DNA of 64,000 nt from an uncultured virus (IMG/VR IMGVR_UViG_3300008116_000013) (taxonomy: Duplodnaviria; Heunggongvirae; Uroviricota; Caudoviricetes). The position numbers were made by a program, and so were the translations under genes. Positions 8,102-17,904 of this stretch are shown here, piece after piece. The notes below the pieces were generated by a model. It did no database searches. It saw only the letters and a program-made list of their open reading frames with translations, and was not told the DNA's origin. The DNA is taken from the IMG/VR virus record IMGVR_UViG_3300008116_000013; one strand, given 5' to 3'. The number at the start of each line of letters is the position of its first letter. Position 1 is the stretch's first letter.

Positions 8102-9559
8102 TTATTTATGAATGGCGTTTATAATTTCTTTATGTGATATTCTTTGATTTTCTAATTTTTTAATTTTCGTATATTCATAATGTTCTTTTGCAAATTCTAA
8201 AATCTGTTGTTTATTTCTTTTTGAATTTAAGAAATCTCGAATTGCATTTTTATCAAACATATTTAATCCGTTTGAAACTTGAATAAAATTATCAAGTGAC
8301 CAAACAAATTTGGTTGAATTATTGCCTAGATTTTTAGCATCTAAAAACTCGTACTTACATTTTTCCTCAAAATCTCTGACCCATTCAGTTTTATTTTCAG
8401 TCATGTATTTCCAAAAGTCAGAATCAAATCTATTTGTATTATAATGAAGACAAATAAAATCCACGATGACTTTATAAGCATTTAGGTTTATTTCATTAAA
8501 TTTTTTTCTATTATATTCCAAGAAGGTTAAATTTGAATTTAAAGAAATAAAATCTTTAATTTGATTTATGATAATGTGAATACCAGTAGACTCTAGCGGT
8601 TCTACAAATCCACTTGAAAGACCAATTGCTAAACAATTTCCAACCCATGCTTGATCATAATATCCAGGTTTATAGTAAATAATTTTGTCTGTTTGCAATC
8701 TAACTCCAAATTTTTCTAATAGCCAACAATTATATTTTGTTTTTGCTTCTTCATCTGAAGTAAATCTGGAAGAATAAAGATATCCAGTTCCATATCGATT
8801 TCCAATTGGTATCTGCCATATCCATCCATTATCTGTCGCTTCTGCTAACGTGTAAGATGGCACTTCTTCAAAATCATATGGAATTTGTTGTGGAATTGCT
8901 CTGTCAATTGGCAAATAATCTGTAATGTCATTCCACTTTACCTTTAAGTTTTTAATTAACATAGAGTTAAATCCAGAGGCATCAATATAAAAATCTGCTT
9001 TTACATTTCCACTATTTTTGAAATCTATACTTTCAATTTGATTATTTTCAATATTAATTTTTTCAGCAATATCATCAATAAAATCAATCTCGTTATTCAT
9101 CTTTCCAAAAATATAATTTGAAAATTCTTGTGTATCAATGTGCAGCGCATGACTATAATCAAAAGTTTTTTTTGGTAATGTAGATGTTGCTTCATTATAA
9201 AGTAGACCACCATTATAGCAATCGTTTAGAATAGAATAGATTGCACTTGATTGATCCGACTCCCCCCAAAAAGAAACTTCTTTAAATCCATGAAAATATT
9301 CTGTATTGGGAATCCAATTTTTAAAATTTATTCCTAATTTTACACTTACATTTAAGTCTCTAATTAAATCTTCAGTTTTTATTCCCAGAGAATTAAGGAA
9401 TAAATGAATAATTGGTGTAGTACTTTCACCAACACCTATATTTTTTCTTTTGGCATCAAAATATAGAGAAACTTGAACTTTATCTCCCCAATATTTTTTA
9501 ATCATTGATGCTGCAATCAATCCAGAGGTTCCTGCCCCCAAAACAATAAATTTTTTCAT
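8102..9559 (-). CDS. Flavin-dependent tryptophan halogenase family protein (PrnA-like)
   Basis: GAGTSG FAD motif, GVGESTTP, SVKLGI, WIWQIP, GFVEPLESTG. Confidence 0.9.
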   Translation of the reverse strand: MKKFIVLGAGTSGLIAASMIKKYWGDKVQVSLYFDAKRKNIGVGESTTPIIHLFLNSLGIKTEDLIRDLNVSVKLGINFKNWIPNTEYFHGFKEVSFWGESDQSSAIYSILNDCYNGGLLYNEATSTLPKKTFDYSHALHIDTQEFSNYIFGKMNNEIDFIDDIAEKINIENNQIESIDFKNSGNVKADFYIDASGFNSMLIKNLKVKWNDITDYLPIDRAIPQQIPYDFEEVPSYTLAEATDNGWIWQIPIGNRYGTGYLYSSRFTSDEEAKTKYNCWLLEKFGVRLQTDKIIYYKPGYYDQAWVGNCLAIGLSSGFVEPLESTGIHIIINQIKDFISLNSNLTFLEYNRKKFNEINLNAYKVIVDFICLHYNTNRFDSDFWKYMTENKTEWVRDFEEKCKYEFLDAKNLGNNSTKFVWSLDNFIQVSNGLNMFDKNAIRDFLNSKRNKQQILEFAKEHYEYTKIKKLENQRISHKEIINAIHK

Positions 9560-9570
9560 AAAATTATAAA

Positions 9571-11355
9571 TTAATGGAAATCAGTCCACCCAACTCCAGT
9601 ATATCCTTGAAATTTATTTGTATCCGTATTAAAAATAAATGCTCCAGCAACAGTTACTAAACCCACTCTTTGAGCAGTTGTTAGTCTTGGAGGTAACATA
9701 TATGCTCTAGATCCAACGCCTTCACCGGGCAATAAACCTGGTGAAGATTTCCCAGCATCAGAAAAATCAACTGCAGAACGAACCGCTGTTGTTCCTACAC
9801 CTACACCTCCAGATCCTCTTATATAAAGTACAGAATTATATAAGTTTGTTGTTGCATTATATTGGACAATTGATTTTCCTTCTATATACAATCCCTCACC
9901 ATTAGTGGTTGTAGTTCCAATTCCAACGTTATCACTAATAGTTTGCCCAGAAACTTTTAAAGCGACGGTAGGAATTTGTGCTGTTCCAACTCCTACATTT
10001 CCAAAAAGGGCAGTTTTTTCTCTAACATCTAGATTAGCAATTGGGATGGTTGTTCCAATACCAACACTATTAACAACACTCAAATTACTTGATATACCAA
10101 CATTAAAGAATGTGGATATTCCAGATGTATTGCTAATATTTTTATTGTTAAGGATCGTTGGTAAATCAAACGTTCCGGCTGATATTGTACCAAGTATATT
10201 TACATTTCCACTAAAAAATCCAGTTCCATTTGCATTAATTGTAACTCCAGTTCCAACTTGTAGATTTCCTTGTGGATCTGTATTCCCAATACCTAACCTT
10301 CCATCATAAGTTAGTGTCATTAATTCGACAAATGTTTGTCCATAGAACCAATTAAACCTACCAGTGCCAATTCCCATAGGACCAGCATGTAAGTACATAC
10401 TGAAATCACCAGTATCATTGTTTAAAATCTCAAGTGTCCTGTCTATATCACCAAATCTTAAAAGTGCTGTGCTTTTTCCTACTCCAACAGATTGACCAAT
10501 ACTAATTCTTGCATTTCCACTATTGGAAATAACTTCTAAGAGTGATCCAGATTCTTTTCTAATTTGCAATTCTGATGTTGGTAATGCTGTTCCAACACCA
10601 ATTCTCCCAGAATTAAGAGCAGCAAATGCAGTTCCTCCAGTTCCAACATGAGATCTTGTAAATACTGTTGATACTCCAGTTGTTGAAAATCCACTATTAA
10701 TTGAATTGACTGTAATATCTGCTGTTGTTGTAATTGAAGATGCAGTTGATGCTATTCCAGTTAAATTTCCATAAAAACCCGTTGTTGCTGTTATAATTCC
10801 AACATTAATATTTGATGGTAATCTTGCATTATCAATTGTTCCAGTTAATTGTGGAGCATTAAGACCAGTAAGACCAATACCAGAACCAGTGAAACTTGCT
10901 GCAGTTATAATTCCAGAATATGATGCATTTCCATTTGAATTAATTGTAACTCCAGTTCCAATTTGTAAATTTCCTCTTGGAATCGTAGTTCCTATACCAA
11001 CGCTGAAGGATGTAGAAATTGTAGAATTACTGCTGTTTACATACCATCCATCAACAGCAATTGCATAGATGTCAGTTAATCCAGATGCACTTCCTGAAAA
11101 TAATTCTGCTGTAACAACACCAGAAACTGATACATTTTGTGTTACACTCAAAATTCCTACTGTTGTAACACCAGAAACATTTAGATCTTTTGTTACTGTA
11201 GCACCAGTAACTCTAGTATCGCCATAAACATTTAACAAATATTCGGTAGGAACGGAAGTTCCAATTCCCACCAAACCATTTGCATTTACAACGAAATTAT
11301 CATCATCAACTTGAACACCATTTCTAAGGTTAAATGACTTTCTATAATTTGCCAT
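9571..11355 (-). CDS. Tail fibre / structural protein
   Basis: Repeated VGIGTxxP motifs typical of cyanophage fibres. Confidence 0.8.
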   Translation of the reverse strand: MANYRKSFNLRNGVQVDDDNFVVNANGLVGIGTSVPTEYLLNVYGDTRVTGATVTKDLNVSGVTTVGILSVTQNVSVSGVVTAELFSGSASGLTDIYAIAVDGWYVNSSNSTISTSFSVGIGTTIPRGNLQIGTGVTINSNGNASYSGIITAASFTGSGIGLTGLNAPQLTGTIDNARLPSNINVGIITATTGFYGNLTGIASTASSITTTADITVNSINSGFSTTGVSTVFTRSHVGTGGTAFAALNSGRIGVGTALPTSELQIRKESGSLLEVISNSGNARISIGQSVGVGKSTALLRFGDIDRTLEILNNDTGDFSMYLHAGPMGIGTGRFNWFYGQTFVELMTLTYDGRLGIGNTDPQGNLQVGTGVTINANGTGFFSGNVNILGTISAGTFDLPTILNNKNISNTSGISTFFNVGISSNLSVVNSVGIGTTIPIANLDVREKTALFGNVGVGTAQIPTVALKVSGQTISDNVGIGTTTTNGEGLYIEGKSIVQYNATTNLYNSVLYIRGSGGVGVGTTAVRSAVDFSDAGKSSPGLLPGEGVGSRAYMLPPRLTTAQRVGLVTVAGAFIFNTDTNKFQGYTGVGWTDFH

Positions 11356-11372
11356 CTTATATGGTTTTTTAG

Positions 11373-14300
11373 TTATTTATCCGTAAGTTTTTGTTCAAGG
11401 TTTTCAACCTTCGCAGAAAGTTCCTTGATTGCTTCAACAAGAAGTGGAACGACCTTATGATAATCAACTGCCAAGTAACCATTATCTCTTGTTACAACCG
11501 CCTCAGGAAGAACTTCAAGAACTTCTTGTGCGATTACTCCAACATCATTTCCTTCCTTGCCAGACTTTTCATTCCAAGTATAAGTATTACCACTAATGGA
11601 AAGAACTTTTGCAAGAGGATCATCAATTGGAGTAATATTATCTTTTAGTCTCTGGTCAGAGGTATAAAATGCAGTAATATCACCAGTTACATTTAAATCG
11701 GAATTGATTTGAGTTGTTGTATTAATTGCTACCTTTGATCCAGATACTGCACTTAATTTAAGATCTCCAGATGATGTGTCAATTGTATTATCATCAGTTT
11801 GTGCTAATTTAATATTTCCAAGTTGAACAGTAGAACAATTTAATGTGCCATTAATATAAACATTTTTACCAATTCCTACTCCACCAGAAATAATTAAATC
11901 CCCAGTTGTTGAAGAAGTAGACTCTGCTCCTTGTGTCAGTCTGACTGTATTATTAAATGTTGTTTGTGATTTTGCTCTAATTTCTTTATTAAATGTTACG
12001 GGACCATCAAACTGAGAAAGAACTTGTCCAGATGCACCACCTTCTACAAGTAATCTCTCTTTAATTGTAACTTCATCAAATACGGCACTTAAACGATTAG
12101 GATTTTCACCAGTAACTGTTGGTTTTGGAATATCATAAGAAACAACCTCTCCACTTGCTGCAGATGTTTTGGTATTTCCATTATAAAAATCTCCAGAATT
12201 GTTCATTCCAGTATATACAACAATACCACCAGAACGTTCCTGAGAGTTCGCTAAAAAGTTTTCTTGATCATTTAGTGTTTTAACCTGAACTTGTGGCAAT
12301 CCAGTCGAATAGTTACCTGGACCATATCCAAGATATTCAAAGGTGTGCCCTGACGCACGAAGAATAGAAGGTCTTCTGAACTCAATTGCAATTGGATTAA
12401 TTCTACGAATCAACGAGTTGACATCATGATTTTCTTGAACTGTTCCAAGAGATCCACGAATTACAGTTGCAGAAGTATCATTACCACTGCTGGTAATTCT
12501 CATAATTTCATTATCAATTTGAATATAACATCCAAGTGGCAATCTTTGTGCTGTTCCAATACCAGTATGACTAATATTAATTGTGCTTCCTGTTGTTAAC
12601 TCAGATGTTAAAATAAATGTTTGATTATCATAAAAAGAGACATTACGTGTTCCAAAATTTTCTCCATTTTCATCAGAAATTGCATTATTTGAAGAAAGTC
12701 CATGTTTTAAAACATATCCATTTGTTGCCGAAATTGAAGAGTTTGTAAGTGCTGTAAATGTCGTTACACTTTCTCTCTTATCGACAATGTAATCTCCTAT
12801 ATTATTATTATTAGAATCAATTACACGGAAACGATTTCCAGAAAGAAGACCATGAGCATCGTAAGTTGTAAATGTTGTAATACCTGCTGAGGAGTTGTAT
12901 GCTGTCCCGCTAATTCTAATTGATGAGTTAACGACAAAAGCGTATTGTCCAGTTTGTATTGTTGGATCTCCAACAGTTTTAGCGATTGCAATTGATGTTG
13001 AAGATCCAATAGAAGTAATTCGATAATAACCATCTGTTACTGTTCCTGCACCGGTGATTTGAACAACGTCACCAATGTTTGTAGAAATTCCTGATGTTGA
13101 GACTGTGTAAAGAGCACCACTTCCAGCACCAATTTTACTTTGATCAAAATATAGAGATCCAGCAGTATAACCAGATCCAGGTGCCATAATTTCAACAGAA
13201 GTTACAATTCCACTACTCACAATTACTTTTGAAGTTGCACCACTCCATGAACCTGTTTGAGATCCATTAAGAAGTTTAACATTATAATATGTTCCATTTG
13301 TATAAGATGTTCCACCATTTGAAATTGAACCAGTTACAATTCCTGAAAGACCATGAAATCTTGCAAAAGTTAATGTTGCAATTCCAGAACTTGATTCAAC
13401 AGAAGAAATTGTAAGAGCAACTCCAACATTTTTAAGAGAGAGATCTGTTGTTTCACGTGTAATACTTTTCTTTAGATCATTTGTCTCAACCGCACCAATT
13501 GGAGCACGTTTTGCAAATGTTTTTGCTGCTTGAGGGTTATCATTTACATTATCTCTATCTAATTGAGGATATAAATCGACAGGTAATTGTCCATACTTAA
13601 GATTTGTAAAAAGATTTGCACTAATTGCATTACTTGAGTTTAAAACATATAAGTGATAAATTCCATCTTGTTGATTGAAAATATATGGAGAAATAATTTC
13701 ATTTCTGTAAACAAATAAATTACTTTGCCAATCATTCCTTTCAAATCTTGGTAGATTTTGATCTCTAGTTGATGTTGTATCTGTAAATGTTCCAGCAGAT
13801 TGTGTTACGCCCGTAATTGTATTTGTTGTTGTATATCTAAAGGTATATGCATCAATAATATTAGATACAATGAATCTACCATTGTATCCAGAATCAAATC
13901 TTCCCGTAGAATTTGTTGAACTTTTAACATTTCTAATTGTTACTACTTCACCAACTTGAACATTATGTGGAAGTTCAGTTAATACCGTAACTACATTTGA
14001 ACTTTCTGAACAAGATGCAATCAATCTTGGATTTTTTAAATATGCATAATCAGTGCTTGCAATGCTAGTTCTTGTAAAATCAGTGTCAGTTCTAACACCT
14101 GTAGTGCTGGATTCTTGAAGAATAAATCCCGTTTCTGGATCTTTTGCGTTTGCAAATTCTTTTGGAATAACAACTCTCAACTTATAAATTTTTTCGTCTA
14201 AACTTCTTTCATCAGAAATACGCTTCACATAAGCAAGATCTGTTGTTGGACCAAAAGTTATCGTTCCACCAATACTCAATGCATTATAAATTTCATTGTT

Positions 14301-16583
14301 TTGATTAACGTGAATAAACCAGTTATTATTTTGACTATCAAATTGAATAGGTGATCCAAGTTCTCCAGATTCCCTGTCAGAAACTCTACTTAAAATGTGA
14401 AGATTTGTACCACCTACAACTTGAATTGGTTTGTTTTGAAGAGCATTTGTATACGATGCTGCAAGTTTTACTGTATTATTATCTCCAGGATTAATTGCAT
14501 AGTAAATTTGATGAGGATCAATATTTTCTGGCAAATCTCCATCATCACTTATGATTATGATCTTTTCACCCGTTAACAGATTGTTAGATCCAATTGTAAA
14601 TGATGTCGTAAATCCAGTTGGAGGTGTAGTGGTTGCATCATAAAATTTAACAGAACTTGTTGTTCCTAATGCAGTTGTAAGTCCAGAAGAACTAATTGCA
14701 TTATTACACATGTAAATATTTGCTTCACTAGTTCCAGTTCCCAAAGGAACGTATAACTTATCATTTAATTTTGCACCGATTCGATATCCTTGTGTAAGAG
14801 ATGATGGGGCAACATTAATTGAGTTAAATCCAAAAAGATAAAGGTGACTTGAGATACCAACTTGAGTTGTAAGTCCTACGTTTAAAGATAACCACTCAAT
14901 GTTATCTTCAACAGAAGAAACTGATCTTGGTGTGACTATAGAGGTAATAAAAGCTTTATTATCCTTATCAAATGCTTCTTTTTTAAATCCAGAAGAATTT
15001 AATGAAATTTGACCAAAGTTTGAGTTTGAGTTTGTAATTGATGCATCACCACCAGTTTCTGCATCAAAATGCTTATTAAATCCAATTGCAAATACAGAAA
15101 CAATTTGAATGAAAGCATCATTTGTAATTTTAATATGACTTGTTTCCCATCCTTGACGATAGATAGCGTCTGGATCTAAATGATAAACTCTATTTGTATC
15201 TGTTTGAGATGCTCCATTTGGAAGATCTCCACCAGAAACAGTAGTGTAATCAATTTTTTCATAAGATCTAGAAGATTTATTATATTTTGCAAAGGCACGA
15301 TCATCCTTTTGAAGAGATACTGCAGTAAATTGTGCAACAACGGTGCTTCTAAATCCTGATGCTTTGCTACCATCAGCATGAAGACCATTCATACCCCAGA
15401 CAGAGCGTAATGAACAGTTAAAAATGTAAGGGGATGCGCCAGATACAGTATCAGTCTCAACTGTTACTGTCGCTCCGGCAGCACTTGGACTTGGAATTGT
15501 AGGAACTGTTGAAAGAAGGTAAGTAAATGATGTTGAACTTAAAACAGATTGAACAGTTGTTGAAACATTATAAACCCCTACACCAACTCCTTTAACTTTA
15601 ATTGGAGTACCTACGTTTAAACCATGCTCTGTTGTGGTTGTAACTGTAACACGTGCGTCTGCAACACTGCCATTACCAGAAAATATTGAAGCAATTGTAA
15701 TTGGATCTGAAGCAAAAGCACCGACAATTTGAAACTCTGGATCTCTCTTTGCAAAACCAAGAGGATTCGTTGGATATTTATCTTCTGCTTTAATTTCACG
15801 ATATGCATTATAAGCATTTGAGACTTTGCTATAATACATATCAAGATCGGTGAGACCTGTTGCAGTTCCACCAGCACCACCAATAGGCAATGTAATATTA
15901 TTTACACCATCACAAAATTCAAAACAAGTTACTTTATGGTGTGAAAAATTAGGTGTTGAGCGATAGATTGATGAAAAATCATCTGGATTTGTATATACCG
16001 TGCTACTTGCATCTGCATCAAAAATAGAAAATTGCCAAAAATAACAAGCACCAGTAATTCTAAAAATTGCAGATTTAGATACAGTATCATCTGTTGGATT
16101 TGGAACATATTTTGGACGAATTTTGGTCTTTCTTAAATCAAGACCAACAATAGAAGTTCCTCTTGGAACAACAACACCACCATACCAACTATTAAACTTA
16201 TAAAGAATATTATCTTCTTGTGCAAGATCAAAGTTTGAATTTAATCCAAGTGAAAAAACATTTGTAGCAGTATCTTGACCACCAGATCGATTGACTGCTT
16301 TTGCTCCACTGTTATTATAAACTGCATATCCAGGTCTATTATCAATTAAATGCTCACCGGGAAATAGTAAAATTGTGGTTTTTTCTACTAAATCATTATT
16401 ATCTCCAGCAATATATGAGAATCTTGCCGCTTCTAATAATGCTCTTTGTATTGTTTTGAAAGGGCGAGCAAGAGAATTACCTTGATTCTCAATACTATCA
16501 GTTGAATCAAGATCATTTGGATTGACGTAAAGAATACGACCTTCTGTATTCTTGATAAAATTGTCAAGTTTATTCAGACCCAT
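11373..16583 (-). CDS. Long tail fibre protein with C-terminal peptidase S74 chaperone domain
   Basis: PFKTIQRALLEAAR N-terminus; C-terminal SDQRLKDNI...GVIAQEV...VPLLVEAIKEL. Confidence 0.85.
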   Translation of the reverse strand: MGLNKLDNFIKNTEGRILYVNPNDLDSTDSIENQGNSLARPFKTIQRALLEAARFSYIAGDNNDLVEKTTILLFPGEHLIDNRPGYAVYNNSGAKAVNRSGGQDTATNVFSLGLNSNFDLAQEDNILYKFNSWYGGVVVPRGTSIVGLDLRKTKIRPKYVPNPTDDTVSKSAIFRITGACYFWQFSIFDADASSTVYTNPDDFSSIYRSTPNFSHHKVTCFEFCDGVNNITLPIGGAGGTATGLTDLDMYYSKVSNAYNAYREIKAEDKYPTNPLGFAKRDPEFQIVGAFASDPITIASIFSGNGSVADARVTVTTTTEHGLNVGTPIKVKGVGVGVYNVSTTVQSVLSSTSFTYLLSTVPTIPSPSAAGATVTVETDTVSGASPYIFNCSLRSVWGMNGLHADGSKASGFRSTVVAQFTAVSLQKDDRAFAKYNKSSRSYEKIDYTTVSGGDLPNGASQTDTNRVYHLDPDAIYRQGWETSHIKITNDAFIQIVSVFAIGFNKHFDAETGGDASITNSNSNFGQISLNSSGFKKEAFDKDNKAFITSIVTPRSVSSVEDNIEWLSLNVGLTTQVGISSHLYLFGFNSINVAPSSLTQGYRIGAKLNDKLYVPLGTGTSEANIYMCNNAISSSGLTTALGTTSSVKFYDATTTPPTGFTTSFTIGSNNLLTGEKIIIISDDGDLPENIDPHQIYYAINPGDNNTVKLAASYTNALQNKPIQVVGGTNLHILSRVSDRESGELGSPIQFDSQNNNWFIHVNQNNEIYNALSIGGTITFGPTTDLAYVKRISDERSLDEKIYKLRVVIPKEFANAKDPETGFILQESSTTGVRTDTDFTRTSIASTDYAYLKNPRLIASCSESSNVVTVLTELPHNVQVGEVVTIRNVKSSTNSTGRFDSGYNGRFIVSNIIDAYTFRYTTTNTITGVTQSAGTFTDTTSTRDQNLPRFERNDWQSNLFVYRNEIISPYIFNQQDGIYHLYVLNSSNAISANLFTNLKYGQLPVDLYPQLDRDNVNDNPQAAKTFAKRAPIGAVETNDLKKSITRETTDLSLKNVGVALTISSVESSSGIATLTFARFHGLSGIVTGSISNGGTSYTNGTYYNVKLLNGSQTGSWSGATSKVIVSSGIVTSVEIMAPGSGYTAGSLYFDQSKIGAGSGALYTVSTSGISTNIGDVVQITGAGTVTDGYYRITSIGSSTSIAIAKTVGDPTIQTGQYAFVVNSSIRISGTAYNSSAGITTFTTYDAHGLLSGNRFRVIDSNNNNIGDYIVDKRESVTTFTALTNSSISATNGYVLKHGLSSNNAISDENGENFGTRNVSFYDNQTFILTSELTTGSTINISHTGIGTAQRLPLGCYIQIDNEIMRITSSGNDTSATVIRGSLGTVQENHDVNSLIRRINPIAIEFRRPSILRASGHTFEYLGYGPGNYSTGLPQVQVKTLNDQENFLANSQERSGGIVVYTGMNNSGDFYNGNTKTSAASGEVVSYDIPKPTVTGENPNRLSAVFDEVTIKERLLVEGGASGQVLSQFDGPVTFNKEIRAKSQTTFNNTVRLTQGAESTSSTTGDLIISGGVGIGKNVYINGTLNCSTVQLGNIKLAQTDDNTIDTSSGDLKLSAVSGSKVAINTTTQINSDLNVTGDITAFYTSDQRLKDNITPIDDPLAKVLSISGNTYTWNEKSGKEGNDVGVIAQEVLEVLPEAVVTRDNGYLAVDYHKVVPLLVEAIKELSAKVENLEQKLTDK

Positions 16584-16615
16584 TTTTATTGATTTTAACT
16601 CTTATTATCTTCTAT

Positions 16616-16922
16616 TTAGTTAGTCAAATCTTCCTCATCATACTCATATTCTATCTCTTCTGGCATATCTTCAGGATTTTCTAACTCAACTGGAAAGAGA
16701 CAGGGGTGTGCCTCCTCATCAATCAAGTAGAAAGAACTTCTATATAAATCGTCTGGTTCAAATGTGCGATTCTTATCTGCTTCTCTGCACAAATCTTGAT
16801 CGTATAAGTGTCCCTCTGGCAACTCATCGAAGGTAAATGGAACAGAGTTGATAAAATACATCTTCACAATCATACTGCCGTCATTGTACCAGCAGTATGC
16901 AGAATCTATACGATAAGACATA
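16616..16922 (-). CDS. Conserved cyanophage hypothetical protein
   Basis: Likely start MSYRIDSAYCWY; the longer ORF would overlap the tRNA. Confidence 0.7.
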
Positions 16923-16954
16923 GGGGTTTTCCCATATCTTATATTTATTTTTAG

Positions 16955-17236
16955 TAGGAGCGGCGAGACTTGAACTCGCATAGCCGAAGCCGACGGATTT
17001 TCTTACCACTACGACTTTCGCCGCCTCATAGAGTTTGTGGTCTGGACTATACCTTCACCATATCTTGTGATTTAGGTGCTCCCCGTCTAGTCTCTACACC
17101 TTCATCTTTCGATGCTTGGCTCGGTATTGCCATTTTACAGGTTTCACCGAATTTGAGGAGTTACACTCATGAGGTTTCCCAAATGAGGCTCAATTTTACA
17201 TAAGTCCGTTGTGTCTACCAATTCCACCACGCTCCC
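16955..17236 (-). tRNA. trnL: tRNA-Leu(UAA), split by a group I intron (exons 17202-17236 and 16955-17001)
   Basis: GGGAGCGTGGTGGAATTGGTAGACACAACGGACTT joined to AAAATCCGTCGGCTTCGGCTATGCGAGTTCAAGTCTCGCCGCTCCTA gives a cloverleaf with CUUAAAA anticodon loop and long variable arm. Confidence 0.92.
17002..17201 (-). ncRNA. Group I intron (trnL-UAA type, about 200 nt, no ORF)
   Basis: Inserted at U^AA, ends in G; core elements AATTGAGCC, CAAATTCGGTGAAACC, GGCAATACCGAGCCAAG, GTAGAGACTAGACGG, GAAGGTATAGTCC. Confidence 0.88.
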
Positions 17237-17249
17237 GTGATGTGAGACC

Positions 17250-17278
17250 ATTATAACTCAAAGAGTTGTAGTGGTCAA
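17250..17278 (-). promoter_or_regulatory. Sigma70-type promoter for tRNA-Leu
   Basis: Minus strand TTGACC-N17-TATAAT just upstream of the tRNA 5' end. Confidence 0.7.
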
Positions 17279-17279
17279 G

Positions 17280-17353
17280 TGCAGGTTGTGGGGATCGAAC
17301 CCACCTTAGCCGAATTATGAGTTCGGTGCTTTCAACCAGAGAGCTAAACCTGC
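17280..17353 (-). tRNA. tRNA with CAU anticodon (elongator Met or Ile2)
   Basis: GCAGGTT/AACCTGC acceptor stem, CCGAA-CTCATAA-TTCGG anticodon arm, GGTTCGATCC T-arm; lacks initiator features. Confidence 0.88.
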
Positions 17354-17357
17354 ACGA

Positions 17358-17429
17358 TGGGAACAGCGGGAGTTGAACCCGCGCTAAGCACTTATAAGGT
17401 GCCCGCTCTAACCATTAAGCTATGCTCCC
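17358..17429 (-). tRNA. tRNA-Ile(UAU)
   Basis: GGGAGCA/TGTTCCC acceptor stem, GGCAC-CTTATAA-GTGCT anticodon arm, GGTTCAACTCC T-arm. Confidence 0.88.
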
Positions 17430-17446
17430 ATAAAAAACTCAGAGTA

Positions 17447-17620
17447 TCACTGAGCTTCGTTGTTTAATTCAGTGTGTATTCGTATCAGATCGTCGTCTGC
17501 GGGCATCATTACTGCTGCCTTTCCATTCTCATCCACAATACCTAAAGTTTCTCCATTTTCAACTCGTCCCATCAGTTCATCAAACCTCTCTTGAAACTCT
17601 TCCACTGTGAAAATTTCCAT
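17447..17620 (-). CDS. Small protein resembling a Phd/YefM antitoxin N-terminal domain (57 aa; not in ORF track)
   Basis: MEIFTVEEFQERFDELMGRVENGETLGIVDENGKAAVMMPADD; TATAAATA at 17627-17634 upstream. Confidence 0.6.
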   Translation of the reverse strand: MEIFTVEEFQERFDELMGRVENGETLGIVDENGKAAVMMPADDDLIRIHTELNNEAQ

Positions 17621-17642
17621 TTCCGATATTTATATTATAGCA

Positions 17643-17843
17643 TCACTCGCCATAAACTGCAAGGTCTGCGTATTCAATTTGATCGGGTTCAAGATTAGCA
17701 GTGACAACTTCAAGGACGTTCATAAACTCTTGAACAGTATCACATTCTACCAGACGCTCGTTGCCTTGATCACTCAGGAGCAAGAAGGTACGACTGCATA
17801 CATCAATTACAATGCCCTGTACGGTCTCTTGTGCAGTGCTCAT
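17643..17843 (-). CDS. Hypothetical phage protein
   Basis: 66-aa ORF downstream of a consensus promoter. Confidence 0.7.
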   Translation of the reverse strand: MSTAQETVQGIVIDVCSRTFLLLSDQGNERLVECDTVQEFMNVLEVVTANLEPDQIEYADLAVYGE

Positions 17844-17868
17844 GGGGTGTTCCGTTGATTACCCCCAT

Positions 17869-17897
17869 ATTATAGGGGGTCTTGGTGCTGGTGTCAA
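17869..17897 (-). promoter_or_regulatory. Sigma70-type (early) promoter
   Basis: Minus strand TTGACA-N17-TATAAT. Confidence 0.8.
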
Positions 17898-17904
17898 GAG
17901 GTCT

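Noticed and set aside
16970..17203. Plus-strand 77-aa ORF and the 5' extension of ORF 16616..16981
   Set aside because: Both overlap the tRNA-Leu/intron and are spurious
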